Below are positions 30,371 to 35,736 of a DNA stretch of 35,736 nucleotides, in pieces. The DNA comes from Dehalococcoidia bacterium (lineage in GTDB: Bacteria > Chloroflexota > Dehalococcoidia > E44-bin15): positions 1 through 35,736 of the forward strand of contig JAVLBD010000001.1 in NCBI GenBank assembly GCA_031581405.1. The letters run 5' to 3'. The position numbers and the translations under genes are program-made. Numbering within the stretch: position 1 is the stretch's first letter; each line of letters begins with the position of its first letter. The notes beneath the pieces are model-generated. The model did no database searches. It saw only the letters and a list, made by a program, of their open reading frames with translations, and was not told where the DNA came from.

Positions 30371-31114
30371 GTGCATTATCAAACAATTATCTACGAAAAG
30401 AAGGGGCAGGTCTGCCATATTACACTCAATCGCCCTCGGGTCGGGAACGCGATAGACACCCGGATGGCCGATGAACTGGCTGATGTCTGTCAGGCGATTC
30501 AGCGTGATGAGAAGATTAGGGTTGTGATCCTCAAGGGTGCAGGAGATGTTTTTTCTATAGGCAGTGATCCAGAGGAACGGGACGCGAAATGCGATGTTTC
30601 TGGGGTTATCGCTAGATTGGAACCTGTAACCATCGTTGCCATTGATGGCGTTGCTATGGGCGAGGGGTTGGAACTGGCACTCGCCTGCGATATACGGATC
30701 GCCTCAGACAGGGCAAGCTTCTGTCTTCCCCATACCGCTCATGGTCTGATCCCCAGCGGTGGCGGGACACAACGGTTACCGCGCCTGGTGGGCAAGGGAA
30801 AAGCCCTGGAGATGATCCTCACCGCTGAACCCATTGATGCCGAGGAGGCTTTAAACATTGGTTTGGTAAGCAAGGTTGTCTCTCCCGCTAAGCTTTTTTC
30901 AATTGTGGAGGAATGGGCAGAAAGAATAACCACGCAGGCCCCTATCGCCTTAAGGTATGCAAAGGAGGCGGTAAATAAGGGGATGGATATCTCCCTAGAC
31001 CAGGGATTGCGGCTTGAGGCTGACCTATATTTCCTGATTCAAACCACTGAGGACAGGATGGAAGGGATCAAGGCTTTTAAAGAAAAAAGGCCGCCACGGT
31101 TTAAGGGGGAATAG
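30371..31114 (+). CDS. Crotonase-superfamily protein (divergent enoyl-CoA hydratase/isomerase)
   Basis: MHYQTIIYEKKGQVCHITLNRP..., ...GEGLELALACDIRIA... and ...GGGTQRLPRLVG.... The second catalytic Glu position reads LPHTAHG instead of LPE..LG. Confidence 0.87.
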   Translation: MHYQTIIYEKKGQVCHITLNRPRVGNAIDTRMADELADVCQAIQRDEKIRVVILKGAGDVFSIGSDPEERDAKCDVSGVIARLEPVTIVAIDGVAMGEGLELALACDIRIASDRASFCLPHTAHGLIPSGGGTQRLPRLVGKGKALEMILTAEPIDAEEALNIGLVSKVVSPAKLFSIVEEWAERITTQAPIALRYAKEAVNKGMDISLDQGLRLEADLYFLIQTTEDRMEGIKAFKEKRPPRFKGE

Positions 31115-31117
31115 AAG

Positions 31118-31621
31118 ATTAAGCTTAAGCTGGATCTGCATACACATTGTTGTGAGGCTACCCTCTTTAGAGAACCCAATGAAGATATAGTTGCAAGGAT
31201 AATTGCCCAGATAAAGGTCAGAGGACTGGACGGTATCGCTATCACCGAGCATTGGGACAAGGAATATGGATTCAAGGTAAAGGATATTGTCGAGCGGTCA
31301 TTTAATAGCGAAGTGCTCATCATTCCTGGACAGGAAATCGATATTAGGTGGCATCAGGAAGTAGAGCTTTATCTGCCTAACGGAGCCACCTTTCGCTTTC
31401 TCGCTCACCCTGGCTATCCCACAATTTCCAATGCAATAGAGAACATTCAGGGCATTGAGATAGAGAATGCACTTCACTTCATCGATAAAGAGAGGGTAAT
31501 GGCGCTCGCGGAGGAATACGACCTGCTTCTACTGAGCAATAGCGATGCTCATTCCATAGACACTATTGGTCGGTACTACACTGAGATCGACATTGAGGAA
31601 CTCATCGCCCGTGCCCGGTAG
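31118..31621 (+). CDS. PHP-domain metal-dependent phosphoesterase; 5' end set at a non-canonical ATT (the true start is uncertain)
   Basis: The frame is open from the TAG at 31112-31114 and reads KIKLKLDLHTHCCEAT...GIAITEHWD...FLAHPGY...LLLSNSDAHS, i.e. PHP motifs DLHTH, TEH, H and SDAH. No ATG, GTG or TTG occurs in frame before 31313. An AAGGGGGA SD lies at 31102-31109. Confidence 0.7.
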   Translation: MKLKLDLHTHCCEATLFREPNEDIVARIIAQIKVRGLDGIAITEHWDKEYGFKVKDIVERSFNSEVLIIPGQEIDIRWHQEVELYLPNGATFRFLAHPGYPTISNAIENIQGIEIENALHFIDKERVMALAEEYDLLLLSNSDAHSIDTIGRYYTEIDIEELIARAR

Positions 31622-31632
31622 CGGCCTTATAT

Positions 31633-31670
31633 ATATCAACAGGTAACACAACTGTAGATTCGGTTGATAT
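31633..31670. repeat. 8-bp perfect inverted repeat ATATCAAC-N22-GTTGATAT in the PHP/crotonase intergenic region
   Basis: Read directly from the sequence. It could be a weak terminator stem or an operator. Confidence 0.6.
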
Positions 31671-31741
31671 TAATTGACATAATAATTTAGGCGCTCACGT
31701 TCCCCCTGACGTTTTTACGAAGATTGTGGTAAAATAACGGC

Positions 31742-32509
31742 GTGCGCAATTTTGATACCATTCTCTATGAGAAAAAGGACGGCATCGCATATATTACCCT
31801 AAATCGCCCTGAGGTGCTAAACAGCTATAATGTTCAGATGCGTGACGATTTATATCAGGTGCTTACTGCTATCAGAGATGACGCCGATGTGATGGTCGCC
31901 ATTTTCAAAGGGGCTGGGGAGCGGGCCTTTTGTGTAGGTGCCGACCTTACCGAGTTCGGAACAACACCATCGCCGATAATAGCCCGCCAGGTTAGGTGGG
32001 AGCGCGATGTATGGGGCCTCTTTTCAAGAATAAAGCAACCTCTCATTGCAGCGCTTCACGGCTATGTATTCGGTTCTGGTGTAGAGATAGCGCTATTCTG
32101 CGATATCCGGATGGCATCCGAGGACACTATATTCAGCCTTCCCGAGGTATCACTGGGCATGATTCCGGCAGCAGGAGGCACCCAGACATTGCCACGACTA
32201 ATAGGTAATGGCAAGGCTTTACAATTGCTTCTTACCGGCGACCGCATCGATGCTCAGGACGCCTATCGCATTGGGCTGGTGAACATGGTAGTGAATCGCG
32301 AGGAACTCCATTCTACTGCCGATCTTACGGCACGGAAGATACTATCTTGCAACACCATTGCCATACGGTATGCCAAGGAGGCGATTACGAGAGGACTCGA
32401 TCTCACACTGGAGGATGGGCTGGCTTTGGAGAGAAGGCTCGCTCATATTCTGAAAAAAGACCTGGTTAGAAAAGATGCCTCTCATTCCATAACAGGTGCA
32501 GCTGCTTGA
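31742..32509 (+). CDS. Enoyl-CoA hydratase/isomerase (canonical crotonase)
   Basis: GTG start. MRNFDTILYEKKDGIAYITLNRPEVLN..., KGAGERAFCVGADL, GSGVEIALFCD and LPEVSLGMIPAAGGTQ. Both catalytic Glu residues are present. Confidence 0.9.
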   Translation: MRNFDTILYEKKDGIAYITLNRPEVLNSYNVQMRDDLYQVLTAIRDDADVMVAIFKGAGERAFCVGADLTEFGTTPSPIIARQVRWERDVWGLFSRIKQPLIAALHGYVFGSGVEIALFCDIRMASEDTIFSLPEVSLGMIPAAGGTQTLPRLIGNGKALQLLLTGDRIDAQDAYRIGLVNMVVNREELHSTADLTARKILSCNTIAIRYAKEAITRGLDLTLEDGLALERRLAHILKKDLVRKDASHSITGAAA

Positions 32510-32535
32510 ATGTGGTGTAGCTTAGAAGGATTCGT

Positions 32536-33309
32536 GTGACAAAGGAAACACAGGAACTTATAGAGGAAGCGATAAATCTAGTCCTTGATGCCCAGAAAAT
32601 TGTGGTATTCACTGGGACAGGTCTGAGCACAGATTCAGGTAGGTCTGGCGCTACAAGCTCACACAATTCCCCGGCGACTTCCAAAGAATCTGCTTTTCCA
32701 ACCTTTGTAGGTAATCCCACAACGAGGAGAAAAAGCTGGCAGACATGGAACATGTTCCGCATGATAGAGCTGGCGCAGCCGAACCCTGCTCACTACGCTA
32801 TCACCGAGCTCTATACAATGGGTAAGCTGGATTGCGTGATTACCCAGAACGTGGATGGACTGCATCAGAAGGCAGGCATACCAGATGAGAAGGTCATTGA
32901 GCTTCACGGGTCACTTCGGCGGTTGAAGTGCGTTAATTGCGATAGGCGATACCCTATTATAGAGGTCGCCAAGAGGCTGGGAGATGGTGAAGAGAAATCT
33001 CTATGTAGTGAGTGCGGTGGGTTGTTGAAAGCGGCAACAGTCTCGTTCGGGGAACAGCCGCCAACTGAAGAGATAGAAGAGGCGGAGCAACACTCGCGGA
33101 ATTGCGACCTGTTCATGTTATTAGGCTCTTCCTTAATGGTATATCCCGCAGCCTATATGCCTATCTATGCTAAAGAGGCTGGGGCAAAGCTGATAATCAT
33201 AAATGTGGGTGCCGCCTCTATGGATAAGAGTGCTGATGTACTAATCGATATGGACGTGGGGAAGGTATTGCTAAGGGTTATCGAGGGTGTTAAAAACAGG
33301 CTCGCTTAA
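32536..33309 (+). CDS. Sir2-family NAD-dependent protein deacylase (CobB-like) with an aberrant NAD-loop region
   Basis: FTGTGLSTDSG, ITQNVDGLH, IELHG and a Zn ribbon (CVNC...CSEC) are present, along with LGSSLMVYPA and IINVG. The near-universal GIPDFR that should follow ...SG is replaced by RSGATSSHNSPATS. Confidence 0.8.
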   Translation: MTKETQELIEEAINLVLDAQKIVVFTGTGLSTDSGRSGATSSHNSPATSKESAFPTFVGNPTTRRKSWQTWNMFRMIELAQPNPAHYAITELYTMGKLDCVITQNVDGLHQKAGIPDEKVIELHGSLRRLKCVNCDRRYPIIEVAKRLGDGEEKSLCSECGGLLKAATVSFGEQPPTEEIEEAEQHSRNCDLFMLLGSSLMVYPAAYMPIYAKEAGAKLIIINVGAASMDKSADVLIDMDVGKVLLRVIEGVKNRLA

Positions 33310-33380
33310 TAACAGTAACCGGACGTGCATAGCGGGTAGTAGTTTTTCCATCTTTCGAGATATTATTAAAGGAGGTTAGA

Positions 33381-34940
33381 TTGAACACCACGGAATTCCT
33401 TACTATCGCTTCTGCTGTATGCCCTGATCGGACGGCGATTATATTTGAGGGGAAGAGATTCAGCTTCAATGAATTAAGTGACCGGGCTAATAGGTTAGCT
33501 AATGCCTTGTCTGGTCTGGGAATAAAAAAGGGCGATCGGGTAGCCATCCTACAGGTCAATTGTAATCAATACGTAGAGTCCTACTATGGAATAGCAAAAA
33601 GTGGCGTCATCTTCGTACCGCTGAACTTTAGGGCGAAGAAAGATGAGCTCATCCATATGCTCAATCACTCAGAGACAAATACCCTCCTGGTAGGTGAGCG
33701 CTATGTCGATATGGTCAACGATATGCGTCCTGATCTGCCCCTGGTGAAGCACTACATATCGACAGATGGAAAGCGGGAGGGCATGCTTGATTATGAGGAG
33801 TTGCTTGCTACTGCGTCGGTTGAGGAATTCATCGCCGAGATCGGTGATGAAGATATCACGATTCTGATGTACACCGCTGGGACAACTGGATTGCCTAAGG
33901 GAGTACCCCTACCCCACAACAGCTTCAGTGTCTATATGCTGCAGAATGTGAACCCCGTGGACCCAGAGGTTGAAGAGACTAACCTCTTGACCATGCCGCT
34001 CTATCATGTAGCGGGAATACAGGCGATGCTGGCAGCGACCTATGGTGGCCGCTCCCTGGCGATGATGCGGCAATTTGAGGTCAATGAGTGGTTGGAAACG
34101 GTACAGCGGGAGAAGGCTAATAGAGCGATGCTCGTACCCACTATGCTGAAGCGGGTCATTGACCACCCGGATTTCGCGAAGTACGACCTTTCCAGCCTGC
34201 GGGTGATTACGTATGGGGCGGCCCCTATGCCCTTTGAGGTGATCAAGAAGGCCATCGAGCTTTTTCCTGGGATGAACTTTATTAATGCCTTTGGTCAGAC
34301 GGAGACCGCCTCTACCATCACAACTCTTGGGCCTCAAGACCATGTTATCGAGGGAACCGAGAAAGAAAAGGACAAGAAGCTGAAGAGGCTTACGTCATCC
34401 ATTGGCCGGCCCATGCCAGATGTGGAGATGAAAATTATCGATGAGGCGGGCAATGACGTACCCGCAGGGGAGGCTGGTGAGATTGTAGCCCGTGGACCGA
34501 GGTTGATGGGTGGATACTGGAAAGATGCCGAGAAGACGGCGAAAACGATGACCAAAGATGGATGGCTACGCACTGGAGACATGGGCTATATGGACGAGGA
34601 TGGATACTTTTTCCTCGCTGGTCGCGGCGATGATATGATTATTAGGGGTGGGGAGAATATATCGCCTGAAGAGGTGGAGAATGCGCTCTATGCTCACCCA
34701 GCCGTTGAAGAGGTGGCGGTGATCGGAGTTACCGATCCGGAATGGGGCCAGGAGCCCAGGGCGGTCGTAGCGCTCAAGAAGGGAGAAACTGCCACATCCG
34801 AAGAGCTTATGGAATTCTGTCGGGAGCGGCTAGCCAGCTTCAAACGACCCCGATCCGTGGTATTTATCGATGCCCTTCCCCGTACCAGCACGGGAAAGAT
34901 ATTGAAACGCGTACTCCGCGAGCAATATGGGCAGCCTTAG
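33381..34940 (+). CDS. AMP-forming acyl-CoA synthetase/ligase (ANL superfamily)
   Basis: TTG start. AMP motif MYTAGTTGLPKGV, then YGQTE, TGDMGYMDEDGYFFLAGRGDDMI and the A10 motif PRTSTGKILKR. Confidence 0.92.
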   Translation: MNTTEFLTIASAVCPDRTAIIFEGKRFSFNELSDRANRLANALSGLGIKKGDRVAILQVNCNQYVESYYGIAKSGVIFVPLNFRAKKDELIHMLNHSETNTLLVGERYVDMVNDMRPDLPLVKHYISTDGKREGMLDYEELLATASVEEFIAEIGDEDITILMYTAGTTGLPKGVPLPHNSFSVYMLQNVNPVDPEVEETNLLTMPLYHVAGIQAMLAATYGGRSLAMMRQFEVNEWLETVQREKANRAMLVPTMLKRVIDHPDFAKYDLSSLRVITYGAAPMPFEVIKKAIELFPGMNFINAFGQTETASTITTLGPQDHVIEGTEKEKDKKLKRLTSSIGRPMPDVEMKIIDEAGNDVPAGEAGEIVARGPRLMGGYWKDAEKTAKTMTKDGWLRTGDMGYMDEDGYFFLAGRGDDMIIRGGENISPEEVENALYAHPAVEEVAVIGVTDPEWGQEPRAVVALKKGETATSEELMEFCRERLASFKRPRSVVFIDALPRTSTGKILKRVLREQYGQP

Positions 34941-34981
34941 CGATGCTCCTTGAATAATCATGGGGCAAAAAGGAGTCGGAA

Positions 34982-35683
34982 ATGTCCGGATCAGTCAAGT
35001 GGTTATCACACGCTTGTTTTAAGATTACCTCAGCCAAGGGAAGGATAATTTATATCGACCCCTTCTTCGTGGACAACCCCCTGCGCCCAGTCAGCCTGGA
35101 CGACGTAAAAGTAGCGAACATCGTTCTTATAACCCATGACCACCCGGATCACGTTGGAGATGCTGTGGATATTGCAGAGAATACGGGAGCCACTGTAGTA
35201 GCTCAGCCGGAAACGGTGGGAAGGATGATGTCAGATCTGGGTCTCTCGGTTGAGAGAGTAGTAAACTTTGGTACGGGAATAAATATTGGGGCAACTGTGT
35301 TAATTGACGGCATTACGATAACGATGACACAGGCCTGCCATTCCTCTCAAACGGCGAGTAACTCCGGGTTCATCGTTAAACTGGATGATGGTTACACTAT
35401 ATATCATGCTGGCGATACTGGCATCTTTGCCACTATGAAGATACTCGGCGAGCTATACCCATTGGATCTGGCATTACTTCCTATAGGGGGTGCCTTCACT
35501 ATGGACTCGGTTCAGGCAGCGAGGGCTCTCACCCTACTCAATCCCAAAAAGGCGATCCCGATGCACTATAAAACCTGGCCTCTTCTGGAACAGAGCGCCG
35601 ACACATTTGTTGAGTTAGCGAAGAAAGAGGCACCCGGTGTGGAGATAGTCGTACTTGAGCCAGGACAGGAGATCGCTATATAG
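34982..35683 (+). CDS. Metallo-beta-lactamase-fold hydrolase (UPF0173-like)
   Basis: ITHDHPDHVGD (HxHxDH) with downstream His/Asp ligands (YHAGDTG, IPMHY); 233 aa. Confidence 0.88.
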   Translation: MSGSVKWLSHACFKITSAKGRIIYIDPFFVDNPLRPVSLDDVKVANIVLITHDHPDHVGDAVDIAENTGATVVAQPETVGRMMSDLGLSVERVVNFGTGINIGATVLIDGITITMTQACHSSQTASNSGFIVKLDDGYTIYHAGDTGIFATMKILGELYPLDLALLPIGGAFTMDSVQAARALTLLNPKKAIPMHYKTWPLLEQSADTFVELAKKEAPGVEIVVLEPGQEIAI

Positions 35684-35736
35684 TTAACCACTGTTACAAA
35701 ACAGAGACCGTTAAAAAAGAGGTGCAGGATACTTCC

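Noticed and set aside
30229-30474. 81-aa + strand ORF in the btuF/crotonase intergenic region
   Set aside because: It is antisense to the cobalamin aptamer and spans both promoters. It then runs out of frame into the crotonase gene, and its translation is featureless.
31112-31114. TAG as a recoded sense codon (for example pyrrolysine) fusing the crotonase and PHP domains
   Set aside because: No pyl genes or other signs of recoding are visible. TAG is used as an ordinary stop by several well-defined genes here (rplR, rpmJ, rplM). An SD-like AAGGGGGA sits just before the junction, which favours separate initiation. It is kept only as a minor alternative.
31313-31621. ORF-track model of the PHP gene starting at GTG 31313 (102 aa)
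   Set aside because: It would remove the DLHTH and TEH metal-ligand motifs, which are encoded in the same open frame upstream. The longer frame from about 31118 is the biologically coherent one.
31674-31702. TTGACA at 31674-31679 as the -35 of a promoter for the second crotonase
   Set aside because: The sequence 17 nt downstream is ACGTTC, with no -10-like hexamer.
32536-33309. Sir2 domain as part of an anti-phage NADase system (Thoeris, DSR, or SIR2-HerA-like)
   Set aside because: The protein is short (257 aa) with the CobB-type Zn ribbon and catalytic His. There is no TIR, SLOG, HerA, pAgo or helicase partner. It sits next to an AMP-forming ligase with the PxxxxGK target motif, so a housekeeping deacylase context is more likely.

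Overview
The window has three blocks. (1) Positions 1-12714 on the + strand are a textbook bacterial ribosomal-protein superoperon. It runs from the tail of uS3 through rplP-rpmC-rpsQ, the spc operon (rplN to rplO), secY-adk-map-infA-rpmJ, the alpha operon (rpsM-rpsK-rpsD-rpoA-rplQ), and truA-rplM-rpsI. Several genes use GTG or TTG starts and are tightly coupled. (2) Positions 12719-29979 on the - strand hold an acyl-CoA dehydrogenase and a GDP-mannose-type trio (PGI/PMI, phosphomannomutase, NDP-sugar pyrophosphorylase). Next comes an unusually complete cluster for the SAM cycle and SAM by-product recycling: metK, ahcY, a PfkB kinase, a THEP1-like NTPase, a short MetE-like 'core' methionine synthase overlapped by a Cys-rich miniprotein, mtnP, mtnA, apt and hpt. 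The block ends with a BtuFCD-type ABC importer controlled by a cobalamin riboswitch that I can read directly in the sequence. (3) Positions 30371-35683 on the + strand are an acyl-CoA cluster: two crotonases, a PHP phosphoesterase, a Sir2 deacylase, an AMP-forming acyl-CoA ligase and an MBL-fold hydrolase. I see no CRISPR array, rRNA, tRNA, transposase or integrase. The most unusual items are: the folate-domain-less MetE-like enzyme plus its overlapping Cys-rich partner; an untracked 29-codon very basic ORF joined by an ATGA overlap to the THEP1 NTPase; a structured leader with a SAM-I-like core fragment; a PHP gene with no canonical start codon lying in frame behind a TAG; and a Sir2 that lacks the GIPDFR loop. 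Gene content (Zn-ribbon ribosomal proteins, corrinoid dependence, a TP-linker lipoprotein) suggests an anaerobic monoderm-like lineage, possibly Chloroflexota/Dehalococcoidia-like. That taxonomic guess is inference only. All family assignments come from motif recognition by eye, not from database searches.
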